From: Clostridia bacterium
GTDB lineage: Bacteria; Bacillota; Clostridia; UMGS1883
NCBI GenBank assembly: GCA_045615705.1
Contig: JAZLFH010000017.1
Coordinates: forward strand, 9,121 to 73,120
Length of the DNA: 64,000 nucleotides
Direction: 5' to 3'
The first letter of the stretch is position 1. Each line of letters starts with the position of its first letter. Shown one piece after another: positions 17,888 through 28,547 of the stretch. The notes under the pieces were generated by a model. The model was given only the letters and a program-made list of their open reading frames with translations. It searched no databases and had not been told where the DNA came from. The translations under genes and the position numbers were made by a program.

Positions 17888-18555
17888 GCATTTTCACGCC
17901 CCTTTATTATTGCTTTAACCATTTCTATATCATCTTTTGTTGTAAGTTTTATATTTGTGCTGCTGCACTCAACAACCTTGATTGTTATGCCGTTCTTCTC
18001 GCACAAGGCACAATCGTCCGACATACTCTCGCAATCCTTATAGGCTTCTAAAAGTATATCTTTTCTGAAAATCTGCGGAGTTCTTATTCTTAAAACATTT
18101 TCTCTGTCTATTGTTCTTTTGATAAACATATCATTATCAATTTCTTTTAATGTTTCTGTTTCTCTGACCCCGACTGCCGCCGCTCCATATCTTTTTGCTT
18201 CGTCTATCGCTTTTTTAATTGTTTCTTTGTCTATAAGAGGTCTTGCTCCATCGTGTACCGCTATAAAATTCGCATCTTTTGATACATTTTCAAGTGCTTT
18301 TTTAACACTTTCGGTACGATTTTTTCCACCTTTTAGAACAGCACGAACTTTATTAAAGCCGTGCTGTTTTATTATTTTATTATATTCTTCTATATTCTTT
18401 TCATTAGCCGTTACAATAATTTCAAACACTTCGTCTGTTTCTTCAAACGGTTCAATACTTCTTTCAAGCGTTGTTTTCCCGAAAAAATCAATGAGCATCT
18501 TATCAATACCCATTCTGCTCGAATTACCTGCCGCTGTAACTATAACCGAAACCAT
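17884..18555 (-). CDS. ispD: 2-C-methyl-D-erythritol 4-phosphate cytidylyltransferase
   Basis: VIVTAAGNSSRMG P-loop-like motif. Start placed at the ATG at 18555 after GGAGG, overlapping the ispF start by 4 nt at the other end. Confidence 0.9.
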   Translation of the reverse strand: MVSVIVTAAGNSSRMGIDKMLIDFFGKTTLERSIEPFEETDEVFEIIVTANEKNIEEYNKIIKQHGFNKVRAVLKGGKNRTESVKKALENVSKDANFIAVHDGARPLIDKETIKKAIDEAKRYGAAAVGVRETETLKEIDNDMFIKRTIDRENVLRIRTPQIFRKDILLEAYKDCESMSDDCALCEKNGITIKVVECSSTNIKLTTKDDIEMVKAIIKGRENA

Positions 18556-18556
18556 T

Positions 18557-19051
18557 TCAGCCAACCTCCGCCTGTGAAACGACAATATCTTTGAGTTTCT
18601 GCTCAATATCGCTGTTTTTAAGACCTGTTGCAAGAACTATTTCACTTATAATGATTTGTTTTGCACTTGTGAGCATTTTTCTCTCGCCTGTTGAAAGTCC
18701 TCTTTGTAAATCACGAAACATAAGTGCTTTTACAACAGATGCAACCTCCAATATGTCCCCGCTTTTGATTTTTACCATATTCTCGCGGTAACGCTTGTTC
18801 CAGTTTGCATTTTCCTCTACTTCCATGCATTCAAAAGATTTGATAAGTTCCTCCGCCTCTTCTTTGCCGATTACATCACGAACTCCAACCTCAGATACCG
18901 AATCCATCGGAATCATAATCTTCATATCACCAAATGGCGAACGCATGACATAATATTTTTTTACTACACCGAGAATTTCCTGCTCCTCAATGGCATCTAT
19001 TATTCCCGCTCCGTGCATTGGAAAAGCCACTTTGTCGCCAATTTTATACAT
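18557..19051 (-). CDS. carD: CarD/CdnL-family RNA-polymerase-binding transcription factor
   Basis: MYKIGDKVAFPMHGAGIIDAIEE (CarD_TRCF RID domain). Start placed at the ATG at 19051 after GGAGG. carD-ispD-ispF synteny is known in other bacteria. Confidence 0.85.
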   Translation of the reverse strand: MYKIGDKVAFPMHGAGIIDAIEEQEILGVVKKYYVMRSPFGDMKIMIPMDSVSEVGVRDVIGKEEAEELIKSFECMEVEENANWNKRYRENMVKIKSGDILEVASVVKALMFRDLQRGLSTGERKMLTSAKQIIISEIVLATGLKNSDIEQKLKDIVVSQAEVG

Positions 19052-19184
19052 ACAATTACCTCCGCAAAAACCTGTTGCCATCTTTATACTACCACTTTTT
19101 GCTTGAATTGTCAAATAAAAAATAATTACTATAACATATTTTTCTGTAACATACAAGGATTTTTTTGCAATTTGTCAAAAAAAT

Positions 19185-19225
19185 GAAAAAAAGGATGTAA
19201 AAAAACAATTTTACATCCTCTTTTT
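19185..19225 (-). terminator. Rho-independent terminator after the ABC ATPase gene
   Basis: AGGATGTAAAA aaacaa TTTTACATCCT with flanking A and T runs. Confidence 0.65.
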
Positions 19226-19232
19226 AAAACCC

Positions 19233-19964
19233 TTATAAAACCTTATTAAGGAAATCAATAGTTCGTGAATTTTTTGGAGCAGTGAAAACTTCCTCGGGAT
19301 TTCCCTCTTCGACAATAACGCCGCCGTCAATAAATATGACCCTGTCGGAAACTTCTCTTGCAAATCCCATTTCATGCGTTACGACAATCATTGTCATGCC
19401 TTCGTTTGCAAGTTTTTTCATAACCTGCAAAACCTCACCTACCATTTCGGGGTCAAGTGCCGAAGTAGGCTCATCAAAAAGCATAATGTCGGGTTTCATT
19501 GCCAAAGCTCTTGCAATCGCAACTCTCTGTTGCTGACCTCCGGACAAACTCGGCGGATATTCATCAAGTTTATCTTCAAGCCCTACTCTTTGCAAAAGAT
19601 TTATTGCCATTTCCTCCGCTTCCAATTTTGTCATTAACTTAGTGTCAACGGGAGCCATCATAACATTCTGTTTGACGGTCAAATGCGGGAACAGATTAAA
19701 CTGCTGAAAAACCATTCCGATATTTCTTCTGACTTTGTCAATATTAATCTTTTTGTTGGTAACTTCGACACCGTCAACAACAATCGTTCCCTCGGTTGGT
19801 TCTTCAAGTTTGTTGATGCAACGAAGCATTGTGGATTTGCCGGAACCTGACGGTCCTATTACGCAAACAACTTCGCCCTCGTAAACATCTAAATCTATGC
19901 CCGATAAAACTTCACGATGAAAACTCTTTTTTAAACCTTTAATTTCTACTTTTTTTTCTTTCAC
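19233..19964 (-). CDS. Polar amino-acid ABC transporter ATP-binding protein (GlnQ-like)
   Basis: Walker [10 protein letters not shown], signature LSGGQQQR, Walker [12 protein letters not shown]. Confidence 0.9.
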   Translation of the reverse strand: MKEKKVEIKGLKKSFHREVLSGIDLDVYEGEVVCVIGPSGSGKSTMLRCINKLEEPTEGTIVVDGVEVTNKKINIDKVRRNIGMVFQQFNLFPHLTVKQNVMMAPVDTKLMTKLEAEEMAINLLQRVGLEDKLDEYPPSLSGGQQQRVAIARALAMKPDIMLFDEPTSALDPEMVGEVLQVMKKLANEGMTMIVVTHEMGFAREVSDRVIFIDGGVIVEEGNPEEVFTAPKNSRTIDFLNKVL

Positions 19965-20625
19965 AGTTGACTTTCTTCTCCAAATAATTTGATACTAACA
20001 TCAGAATAGATATTACAACCAAGTAATAACACGCAACCATTATGTAAGTCGCAAAGAAAAGATATGACTTACCCACATAAATCTTTGCTCTGTTAACCAA
20101 ATCCGCAAGTCCGATGACCGAAAGAATTGATGTATCCTTTATTGTGATAATAAACTGATTCACCAAAGACGGAATGACAATTTTAAATGCCTGAGGTAAA
20201 ACAACCTTTATCATTGTGCGTGTTTTTGTAAGTCCAAGGCTTCTTGCAGCTTCGGACTGTCCTTTTGGGACTGCTTGAATACCGCTTCTGAAAATTTCGG
20301 CAAGATACGCTCCCGCATTTATAGAAAGCGTTATAAGTCCTGCCGTAAACGGATTAATTCTAAATTCGGGTGCAAATATCTGTATAACCTGAGGAATTCC
20401 GAAATATACTATAAACGCCTGAACAATCATCGGCGTTCCTCGAATCGCCCAAATATACACACCTGCAATTGCGTTAAGTATCTTACTCTTTGAAATTTTC
20501 ATCAAGCAAGTGAAAAGACCTATTACAAAACCTATCGCAAGTGAAATAACAGATATCGCTATTGTCAGGCGAACACCTTCTATTAAAAGCGGCGTTGCCT
20601 CTTTAAATGCTCTAAAAAAATCCAC
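19939..20625 (-). CDS. Polar amino-acid ABC transporter permease (HisM/GlnP-like)
   Basis: Five-TM permease with the EAA-type loop [23 protein letters not shown]. Confidence 0.9.
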   Translation of the reverse strand: MDFFRAFKEATPLLIEGVRLTIAISVISLAIGFVIGLFTCLMKISKSKILNAIAGVYIWAIRGTPMIVQAFIVYFGIPQVIQIFAPEFRINPFTAGLITLSINAGAYLAEIFRSGIQAVPKGQSEAARSLGLTKTRTMIKVVLPQAFKIVIPSLVNQFIITIKDTSILSVIGLADLVNRAKIYVGKSYLFFATYIMVACYYLVVISILMLVSNYLEKKVNCERKKSRN

Positions 20626-20647
20626 GTTAATCTATCCTAATAATTTA

Positions 20648-21421
20648 TTAATAACCGTATTTTGCAAGAATCTGCGCATATTCACCGGAAGCCTTGATAT
20701 TTGCAAGACCTTTGTTGAACATTTCAATAAGTTCGGGATTTGAACCCTTCTTAACCGCAAATCCGTAATATGCAGGCGCAATAACATCGCCTACTGTTTT
20801 AAGTGCAAGGTTTTCAGATGTGATTGCCCAACCGATAACACTGCGGTCCTCAAAGCAAGCATCGTTTGCACCGTTTATAACTGCTGTGTACATTGTCGGG
20901 GAATCTTCATAAGAAACAGTAGTAAATCCTTTCTCGTCCTTTACGGATTCAGCATATTCTGTTCCCATTGTGCCGATTTTTGTTGCAACGCTCTTGCCGT
21001 TTAATGCATCAACGGAATCAATATCACTTCCCGCAGCAACTACTAAAATCTGACCATCTTCAAAGTAACCTTCCGAGAAATCGAATGTTTCTTTTCTCTT
21101 CTCGTTTATTGTCATACCGGCAATCATACCATCTGCCTGGCCGGACTGAACTGCACCCATAGATGCGTCAAAACCTTCGTTTTTAACTTCGTACTTGAAG
21201 TTTTGGTCTTTTGCGATTGCAGCAAGAATATCCATATCAACTCCGACATATTCTTTTGCTTCTTCATCATAATACTCAAACGGTGCAAATGAATTGTCCG
21301 AATAAATTATGTATGTTTTTTGATTTTCCGCTGCATCTTTTACCGTTCCGCTTTGAGTTGTGCAAGCTGCAAGGCTTACGCAAAGAGCAAGAACAACTAC
21401 TAAACTAAAAATTTTTTTCAT
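20648..21421 (-). CDS. Amino-acid ABC transporter substrate-binding lipoprotein
   Basis: Lipobox LAAC and SBP_bac_3-like sequence (GVDMDILAAIAK, GYFEDGQ). Confidence 0.9.
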   Translation of the reverse strand: MKKIFSLVVVLALCVSLAACTTQSGTVKDAAENQKTYIIYSDNSFAPFEYYDEEAKEYVGVDMDILAAIAKDQNFKYEVKNEGFDASMGAVQSGQADGMIAGMTINEKRKETFDFSEGYFEDGQILVVAAGSDIDSVDALNGKSVATKIGTMGTEYAESVKDEKGFTTVSYEDSPTMYTAVINGANDACFEDRSVIGWAITSENLALKTVGDVIAPAYYGFAVKKGSNPELIEMFNKGLANIKASGEYAQILAKYGY

Positions 21422-21573
21422 ATTTACTGATACCTCCCATAAATAATATATTAATTTTACAACAAGTTTATATAAATTGCAAGAGTTTTTTGTCGCCGTT
21501 TCATCAAATATGTTGACACAGGTAGTCTTTTAGTGCTATTATAATTGAAAAGTTTATTTTTGGAGGTGTACAA

Positions 21574-23235
21574 ATGGACTTTCTTAATATGACACTCGGC
21601 GACCTTTTGGACGATTGTGCAATTAAGCATCCGGATACCGAAGCAATAGTCTATCCAAAGACCGGTCTGAGACTTACATACAAAGAATTTAACGAAGTTT
21701 GTCGCCGCACCGCCAAAGGCTTTCTCAAAATGGGTATTAAAAAGGGTGACCATATTGCTATATGGGCTACCAACTACCCCGAGTGGCTTATAACAATGTT
21801 TGCCTCGGCAAAAATCGGTGCAACACTTGTTACGGTTAATACCAATTATAAAATTTTTGAACTTGAATATTTGATGAAACAGTCCGACTCCTCCACTCTG
21901 ATTTTAATGGAAGGCGTCAAAAGTTCAAATTATATGGATATATTGTATGACCTTTGTCCTGAACTTTACGATTCAAAAAAAGGTGAACTATCTTCTAAAA
22001 AACTTCCATTTTTAAAGAGAGTAATTTATCTTGACGAAAAAGAATATCCCGGAGTTTATAACTGGAAGGAAATCGAACTTTTTGGTAAAGATGTTTCGGA
22101 TGAAGAACTTGACAAAATACAAAAAAGCATTGATGTTCACGATGTTGTAAATATGCAGTATACTTCGGGAACAACAGGTTTTCCCAAAGGTGTTATGCTT
22201 ACACATTACAATATAGTAAACAACGGACTTAATATCGGTAACGGACTTCAATTCACGGAAAAGGACAGACTGTTGGTTTGTGTTCCGCTTTTTCATTGTT
22301 TCGGAGCGGTTTTGGCAACTATTGCAAGCGTAACACACTGTACAACCATTGTATTGATTGATGTTTACTCGCCGACTCGTGTTATGCAGGCGATTCAAGA
22401 TGAGAATTGCACTGCTCTGCACGGTGTCCCTACAATGTTTATATTTATGCTTGACCATCCGGATTTTCATAAGTATAAAATGCCTTACCTTCATAAAGGA
22501 ATTATGGCAGGTTCGCCTTGCCCGATAGAAAGAATGCGTCAAGCAATCGACCTTATGGGAATGAAAGATATTGTCATTGTTTACGGTCAAACAGAGGCTT
22601 CCCCGGGTTGCACAATGACAACTATTGACGACACAATAGAAAGAAAGGTCAATACTGTCGGTAAAGTTTTTCCCGGTACCGAGGCAAAAATCGTTGACCC
22701 GGAAACAGGTGAAACTCTCGGTCCGAATCAAACCGGAGAATTTTGTTCGAGAGGCTACCATATTATGAAAGGGTATTACAAAATGCCCGAAGCAACTGCT
22801 TTGGCAATAGATAAAGACGGGTGGCTTCATACAGGTGATTTGGCAACTGTTGATGAAGACGGATATTACAAAATAACAGGTCGTTTAAAAGATATGATTA
22901 TCCGTGGCGGAGAGAATATCTATCCTCGGGAAATCGAAGAACTTTTGTATACTAACCCGTCTGTCCAAGATGTTCAGATTGTCGGTGTGCCGAGTTTGAA
23001 GCACGGCGAAGAGGTTGCGGCGTTTGTCATACCTAATCCGGGAGAGACTTTGACGGAAGAAGATGTAAAAGAATTTGTAAGCGAACGCATGGCAAGGCAC
23101 AAAGTACCGAGTTATGTAGCAATCGTAGATTCTTTCCCGATGACTGCAAGCGGTAAAATTCAAAAATTCAAATTAAAAGACATGGCAATTGAGATGTTTA
23201 ATCTGTCCGATGCCGCCAACATAGAAACAGCATAA
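21574..23235 (+). CDS. AMP-binding acyl-CoA synthetase / fatty-acid-CoA ligase
   Basis: AMP-binding motif YTSGTTGFPKGV, plus TGD and GRLKDMIIRGGENIYP motifs. 553 aa. Confidence 0.85.
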   Translation: MDFLNMTLGDLLDDCAIKHPDTEAIVYPKTGLRLTYKEFNEVCRRTAKGFLKMGIKKGDHIAIWATNYPEWLITMFASAKIGATLVTVNTNYKIFELEYLMKQSDSSTLILMEGVKSSNYMDILYDLCPELYDSKKGELSSKKLPFLKRVIYLDEKEYPGVYNWKEIELFGKDVSDEELDKIQKSIDVHDVVNMQYTSGTTGFPKGVMLTHYNIVNNGLNIGNGLQFTEKDRLLVCVPLFHCFGAVLATIASVTHCTTIVLIDVYSPTRVMQAIQDENCTALHGVPTMFIFMLDHPDFHKYKMPYLHKGIMAGSPCPIERMRQAIDLMGMKDIVIVYGQTEASPGCTMTTIDDTIERKVNTVGKVFPGTEAKIVDPETGETLGPNQTGEFCSRGYHIMKGYYKMPEATALAIDKDGWLHTGDLATVDEDGYYKITGRLKDMIIRGGENIYPREIEELLYTNPSVQDVQIVGVPSLKHGEEVAAFVIPNPGETLTEEDVKEFVSERMARHKVPSYVAIVDSFPMTASGKIQKFKLKDMAIEMFNLSDAANIETA

Positions 23236-23263
23236 AAAAGCACCCGATGGGTGCTTTTTTATG
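23231..23263. terminator. Bidirectional Rho-independent terminator
   Basis: CATAAAAAAGCACCC gat GGGTGCTTTTTTATG between convergent genes. Confidence 0.75.
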
Positions 23264-23283
23264 CTGTTTTTTAATATAATTGT

Positions 23284-24093
23284 TTATGATTTCATTACTG
23301 CTCCGATTGCTCCCGCAAAAGCAGCATTTTTCGGAATGATAAATTTGTTATCACAGAGTTTTTTGATAGAGTTTAGTATCTCATCAAACCTTATATAGTT
23401 AGTAAGAGAACCCAGTACAACAATGTTTTTGGTATTTTTCTGTCGTGCGGTAAAAACAGCCGACATGGAAACCGATTGAATTACCAAATTAAAAATTCCG
23501 AGTGCCATATCTTCTTTACTTGCATCTTCTTTAAGCCCGCCAAAGAACGAAACCGATGTATCGGGCCATAAATTTGAAACCGTGCCGTCTATAACATCCT
23601 TTATTAAAAGGTCAACATTTTCAATTCTGCCTTTTTGAGAAAGCATGCTGATTTGAGAAAAACTCTGTGCATCTAATAAAGCTTTTCCAAGTCCCATTAC
23701 GGTTCCTCCACCCAAAGAAAGCCCTCCGAGATGTAAAAACTTATCGTCTTTTGCGTAAATATAAGCCGTTCCCGTCCCAAGGCTTAACACTATTGCCTCG
23801 GATAGGTTTGACAAATATAATGCACCTCTGCCCACTGCTTCAAATTCACTAACCTTTACGGTTTCTGTATCGAGCAAATTTCCGTTTATATTTAGCGAAT
23901 TAATACCCGTGAGAAAAACTTTTTTAAGTTTTTCTTTTTTTATTGAATTCTTCACAAGCATACTTTCTATATGTTGCTCTAACTTTTCTTTTGAATTAGT
24001 TGCATCTATACACAAAAAGTCAATGAAGTTGGCATCTTCTTTAAGTACGAGTTTTGTTGACGACGAGCCCATATCAACACCGACAAAACACAC
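23284..24093 (-). CDS. coaW: Type II pantothenate kinase (CoaW-like, ASKHA fold)
   Basis: VGVDMGSSSTKLV, LGTGTA, GGLSLGGGTVMGLGKALL and a C-terminal AFAGAIGA match the pattern of staphylococcal/bacillary type II PanK as I recall it. Confidence 0.7.
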   Translation of the reverse strand: MCFVGVDMGSSSTKLVLKEDANFIDFLCIDATNSKEKLEQHIESMLVKNSIKKEKLKKVFLTGINSLNINGNLLDTETVKVSEFEAVGRGALYLSNLSEAIVLSLGTGTAYIYAKDDKFLHLGGLSLGGGTVMGLGKALLDAQSFSQISMLSQKGRIENVDLLIKDVIDGTVSNLWPDTSVSFFGGLKEDASKEDMALGIFNLVIQSVSMSAVFTARQKNTKNIVVLGSLTNYIRFDEILNSIKKLCDNKFIIPKNAAFAGAIGAVMKS

Positions 24094-24662
24094 TACACCC
24101 TCGCCGCCTTTTTAACTGTTTTATAAAGAATAGGAACTAAAACTATTGCTCCTATAAGTTCGATTACTCCGTTTATTCCTATAAGTGTTGTAATTATTGT
24201 TTTAAAAAGGTCATAAACCGCCTTGTAGCTTTCAAACATTCCTCCGAATATGTAGTAAGAGCCAAGTACCAAAACGGTATTTGAAAGTGTGCCTATGCAC
24301 GCAGTAATTCCCGCTTTTAACACATCACTTATGCTTGTCCTCGAAAGAGCCTTAAAAATTGCTCCTGCAATTATTCCGACCAGTATTCGGGGAAGAACAG
24401 AAATAAGAGGATTTGTAAAGGCTATCCAAAGAGGATTTGTAAAGGCTCGAATCATGCATGTTACTCCCCACACCAAACCCAATACTCCTCCGTTTTTAAC
24501 TCCCAGAATAGTTGCACCCAAAATTACAACTATATGAATTGTTGTAATCTCAATTAAGCCGTAGTTAATATAACCGAAATACGGTACAACAGTAAACACA
24601 ACAATAACTGCGGAAAGTATTGCAAGCAGTACAAGCCTTGCAGTGTTAGTGTTTTTTGTCAT
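24093..24662 (-). CDS. ECF-transporter S component, possibly pantothenate-specific (PanT-like)
   Basis: About 190-aa six-TM protein of ECF S-component type. Start placed at 24662 after GGAGGG. Substrate is inferred only from adjacency to coaW. Confidence 0.6.
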   Translation of the reverse strand: MTKNTNTARLVLLAILSAVIVVFTVVPYFGYINYGLIEITTIHIVVILGATILGVKNGGVLGLVWGVTCMIRAFTNPLWIAFTNPLISVLPRILVGIIAGAIFKALSRTSISDVLKAGITACIGTLSNTVLVLGSYYIFGGMFESYKAVYDLFKTIITTLIGINGVIELIGAIVLVPILYKTVKKAARV

Positions 24663-24686
24663 TTGAAAACCCTCCATATTTTTAAT

Positions 24687-25664
24687 TTATACCATAAAGA
24701 ATTTAAGCATAACTGTTAAATATACCCCATACATCAAAAGCATCGTTACTCCTTGCCATCTCTTTAATTTTGAAGAAATAAGCATAGGAACTATCGCAAT
24801 TAATGTTATCACAAGACAAGACGGTGTGTCAAGATAAATGCCTTGTTTTGATATTGGAAGCGGTTTTTTGTTAATAAGACCGCAGAGAGGCAAAATAAGG
24901 GTAGTATCTATGATATTTGCACCTATTATGTTTCCTACACCGAGTGAAGACTGTTTTTTTGTGATAGAAGTTATGGTTGTTACAAGTTCCGGGAGTGATG
25001 TTCCTATTGCAATTACCGTAACACCTATTATTGCCTCCGGAATTCCGAGTTTCAAAGCCAAAAATTGTCCCTTATCGACTAATATATTAGCACCCCAAAC
25101 AATTCCTACCGTTCCGAAAATAAACTTTATTACATTTGACCATATTTCTTTTTTATCCGGAGTTTCTCTCTCCGATTTGATTGCATTTTTCTTTGCCGAT
25201 GCTACATTTTCATAGATAAAAATTGCAAAAATCAGTAATAAAATGATGCTTCCGATTAGCGGAAGAGAACCAGTTTCTAATATTTTATCATAAGAGAAAA
25301 ACGAAAACAAAAAAAGTGTTCCTATGGCACTCAGCATCAATATACCTTTTGCCGAATAATTCTTTCTCTCGATAACAAACGGAAGGCATACCGCAGAAAT
25401 AGCCATAATAATTCCCGTGTTTGCCGTAACCGAACCTATTGCATTGCCAAACGCCATATCCGGAAGTCCCTGAAACGCTGCCAAAAGCGATACAATGATT
25501 TCCGGAAGTGTTGTAGCAAGGCTTACAACTGTCGCCCCGACTATGACCTTTGGTATACCCGACACCTCCGCCATCCATGCCGAAGCATCAACAAACCAAT
25601 CTCCGCCTTTTACTATAAATACTATTCCTACCGCAAAAATAAGTATTGCCAAAAATATCTCCAT
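24687..25664 (-). CDS. Ca2+/Na+ (cation/Ca2+) antiporter, CaCA/YrbG family
   Basis: Two alpha-repeat regions (GATVVSLATTLPE and IAIGTSLPELVT). Start placed at the second ATG (25664), 5 nt after GGAGG. Confidence 0.85.
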   Translation of the reverse strand: MEIFLAILIFAVGIVFIVKGGDWFVDASAWMAEVSGIPKVIVGATVVSLATTLPEIIVSLLAAFQGLPDMAFGNAIGSVTANTGIIMAISAVCLPFVIERKNYSAKGILMLSAIGTLFLFSFFSYDKILETGSLPLIGSIILLLIFAIFIYENVASAKKNAIKSERETPDKKEIWSNVIKFIFGTVGIVWGANILVDKGQFLALKLGIPEAIIGVTVIAIGTSLPELVTTITSITKKQSSLGVGNIIGANIIDTTLILPLCGLINKKPLPISKQGIYLDTPSCLVITLIAIVPMLISSKLKRWQGVTMLLMYGVYLTVMLKFFMV

Positions 25665-25834
25665 AACTTCCTCCATAATACAAAAGACTCATGGGTAGTT
25701 AACTATCCATGAGTCTCATTTTTAATGATACACCATGCCGATACAGGCAGGTATGTTGGCATATCAACCACCTAAGTGGCAATTACTCCCCCACAATTTT
25801 CTATGATTTTATCACAGAAATTATTACTTTGCAA
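25665..25834 (-). promoter_or_regulatory. Promoter plus about 135-nt structured leader ending in a strong intrinsic terminator immediately upstream of the CaCA RBS (candidate riboswitch/attenuator)
   Basis: On the minus strand, TTGCAA-17-TAAAAT (25834-25806) overlaps the pck stop. The leader begins AAAUUGUGGGGGAGUAAUU, followed by hairpins GCCAC-UUAG-GUGGU and UGAUAUGCC...GGUGUAUCA. A 14-bp terminator stem follows (25716-25685) with UUUU, then GGAGGA and AUG. Confidence 0.45.
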
Positions 25835-27572
25835 GGCGATTTTTAAGATTTTCAAGTTGGTTTCTGATTTCAGCAGGAAGACGGTCAAATTTCTTGAAGA
25901 ATTCTTCGATTCCTTCGGTTTCATTAAGCCAAACATTCTTGTCTACGCTGAGAAGTTCTTCAAGTGTTTCCTTAGATACATCAAGTCCTTCAATATTGAT
26001 GTCTTCCGGATTCGGAAGATAACCGATTGCTGTTTCTTTTGCACCGACTTTGCCTTCGCAACGGTCAATAATCCAGTTAAGAACTCTAAGATTATCGCCA
26101 TATCCGGGCCACATAAACTTGCCGTTTTCGTCAAGTCTGAACCAGTTAACATGGAAAATCTTCGGAGCGTTCGGAATTTTTTCGCCCATTTCAAGCCAAT
26201 GTGCGAAATAATCGCCCATATTGTATCCGCAGAACGGAATCATTGCCATAGGATCTCTTCTTACAACGCCAACCGCACCTGATGCTGCGGCAGTTGTTTC
26301 ACTTGCCATTGTAGCACCGACAAATACGCCGTGCTTCCAATCAAATGACTGATATACAAGCGGAGCCGTCTTTGCACGGCGACCGCCGAATATAATTGCA
26401 CTGATCGGAACGCCATTAGGATTTTCAAATTCACTGCTTATGCAGGGGCAACGCTTTGCGGGAGCGGTGAAACGGCTGTTAGGATGAGCACCCTTTTCGC
26501 CGCAATCCTTTGTCCAAGGATTGCCTTTCCAATCAATACCCTTTTCTGGAACTTCGCCGTCAAGGCCTTCCCACCATACAGTATTATCTTCACGAAGCAA
26601 CACATTTGTAAATATTGTATCCGCCTGTGTTGTAGCCAAAGCATTCGGGTTTGTCTTTGAACTTGTTCCGGGAGCAACGCCAAAAAATCCTGCTTCCGGG
26701 TTTATTGCCCAAAGGCGACCATCTTCGCCTATTCTGAGCCATGCAATATCATCGCCGACTGTCCAGACCTTATAACCTTTGAGTATCTCCGGCGGAATAA
26801 GCATTGCAAGGTTTGTCTTACCGCAAGCACTCGGGAATGCTGCTGCAACATACTTGATTTCACCCTTAGGATTTTGGAGACCGAGTATAAGCATATGCTC
26901 TGCCATCCATCCTTCTTTATGTCCGAGGAAACTTGCAATTCTGAGTGCAAAGCACTTTTTACCCAAAAGAACATTTCCGCCGTATGCAGAGTTTACACTG
27001 CAAATAGAGTTTTCTTCCGGGAACTGAACAATGTAGCGGTTTTCTTCGTCAATATCCTTACTTGCGTGAAGACCTTTAACGAAATCGCCGTCCTCTCCTA
27101 ACTCGTCAATCGCAATTTGTCCTGCACGAGTCATAATTGACATATTTTTAACAACATAGATGCTGTCTGTAAGTTCAATGCCGACTTTTGCAAACGGAGA
27201 CGAAGCAGGTCCCATAATGTAAGGAATAACATACATTGTTCTTCCCTTCATGCTGCCTTCGTAAAGTTTATCAAGTTTTGCGTGCATTTCCTTAGGGTCC
27301 ATCCAGTTATTTGTAGGGCCTGCATCTTCTTTCTTTGTTGTACAAATAAATGTACGACCTTCAACACGAGCAACATCATTAGGCTTCGTGCGGTGAAGAT
27401 AACATCCCGGTAATTTTTCTTCATTTAATTTGATGAATTCACCGGTTGATACTGCCTGAGCGGAAAGCTCGTCAAGTTGTTTCTTGCTTCCATCAATCCA
27501 TACCACTTTATCAGGTTGGGTTAAGGAAACCATTTCATTAATCCAATTTAATGCTTTTTTATTATTTGTCAT
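25824..27572 (-). CDS. pck: Phosphoenolpyruvate carboxykinase (GTP)
   Basis: 582 aa. The kinase-1a type motif FPSACGKTN and overall PEPCK-GTP pattern ([16 protein letters not shown]). Confidence 0.95.
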   Translation of the reverse strand: MTNNKKALNWINEMVSLTQPDKVVWIDGSKKQLDELSAQAVSTGEFIKLNEEKLPGCYLHRTKPNDVARVEGRTFICTTKKEDAGPTNNWMDPKEMHAKLDKLYEGSMKGRTMYVIPYIMGPASSPFAKVGIELTDSIYVVKNMSIMTRAGQIAIDELGEDGDFVKGLHASKDIDEENRYIVQFPEENSICSVNSAYGGNVLLGKKCFALRIASFLGHKEGWMAEHMLILGLQNPKGEIKYVAAAFPSACGKTNLAMLIPPEILKGYKVWTVGDDIAWLRIGEDGRLWAINPEAGFFGVAPGTSSKTNPNALATTQADTIFTNVLLREDNTVWWEGLDGEVPEKGIDWKGNPWTKDCGEKGAHPNSRFTAPAKRCPCISSEFENPNGVPISAIIFGGRRAKTAPLVYQSFDWKHGVFVGATMASETTAAASGAVGVVRRDPMAMIPFCGYNMGDYFAHWLEMGEKIPNAPKIFHVNWFRLDENGKFMWPGYGDNLRVLNWIIDRCEGKVGAKETAIGYLPNPEDINIEGLDVSKETLEELLSVDKNVWLNETEGIEEFFKKFDRLPAEIRNQLENLKNRLAK

Positions 27573-27646
27573 GGTTTTATCCTCCTAACACCACAATTTA
27601 CATTATAACATTTTAACACAAACAAAATATTTTGTACAGTATTTTT

Positions 27647-28501
27647 TTATTTTTTCGATAAAAAGTTACTTAATTTTGCAAATTCATCAATAGAGAGTGC
27701 TTCTCCTCTTATTTTATCGCCTCTTTGGAGCATTTCTATTGCCTTATTTATTGATTCGCTATCAAAAAGGTTACTGTTTGCAAGTCCGTTTTTAAGCGTT
27801 TTTCTCCGTTGTGCAAAAGATGCTTTTACTACTTTAAAAAACATCTTTTCGTCATAAACTTCTACTCTCGGTTTCTTTAAAAGAGTCATTTCAATAACAC
27901 AACTGTCTACCTTAGGAATGGGGATAAAGTCTTTTGCACTGACATTCATGAGTATTTTTGGTTCGCTGAAATATCTGACGCTGACACTTATTGCACCGTA
28001 ATCTTTGCCTTTTTCATCTGAATTTAACCGTTCTGCCACTTCTTTTTGTATCATAACCGTTATCTTTTCAAAAGGAATTCTGCTCTCTAAAAGATACATT
28101 ATCATAGGTGTCGTTATATAATATGGCAAATTTGCCGCAACCGACACCTTCATATTTGGAAACTCCTCTTCTATCAGTCTTTTAAGGTCTGTTTTCATAG
28201 CATCTGCCCATATTATTTTCACATTGTCATACCCGGCTAATGTTTCTTGCAAAACCGGTTCTAACCGTGTGTCAAGTTCTATTGCCACAACCTTTTTTGC
28301 CTTTGATGCAAGTGAAGCGGTAAGTGTTCCGAAACCTGCACCTATCTCAATTATCCCTTCTGCACTTTCACAGACAGACTCACTCATTGCATAAGGAACT
28401 TCGGGATTTATAATAAAGTTTTGTCCCATCCCTTTTGAAAATGTGAACCCGTATTTTTTGCACAAATATTTAATTGCTTCAGGATTTGTAAGTTCATACA
28501 T
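27647..28501 (-). CDS. rsmA: 16S rRNA (adenine1518/1519-N6)-dimethyltransferase
   Basis: KKYGFTFSKGMGQNFI and the SAM motif IEIGAGFGTLT. 284 aa. Confidence 0.95.
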   Translation of the reverse strand: MYELTNPEAIKYLCKKYGFTFSKGMGQNFIINPEVPYAMSESVCESAEGIIEIGAGFGTLTASLASKAKKVVAIELDTRLEPVLQETLAGYDNVKIIWADAMKTDLKRLIEEEFPNMKVSVAANLPYYITTPMIMYLLESRIPFEKITVMIQKEVAERLNSDEKGKDYGAISVSVRYFSEPKILMNVSAKDFIPIPKVDSCVIEMTLLKKPRVEVYDEKMFFKVVKASFAQRRKTLKNGLANSNLFDSESINKAIEMLQRGDKIRGEALSIDEFAKLSNFLSKK

Positions 28502-28505
28502 AAAA

Positions 28506-28529
28506 AATTACCCCCAACCGGGGGTAATT
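28506..28529 (-). terminator. Terminator of the yabE-like gene abutting the rsmA start codon
   Basis: AATTACCCCC ggtt GGGGGTAATT followed by UUUUUU AUG on the minus strand. Confidence 0.6.
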
Positions 28530-28547
28530 ATATACCATATTCATTAA

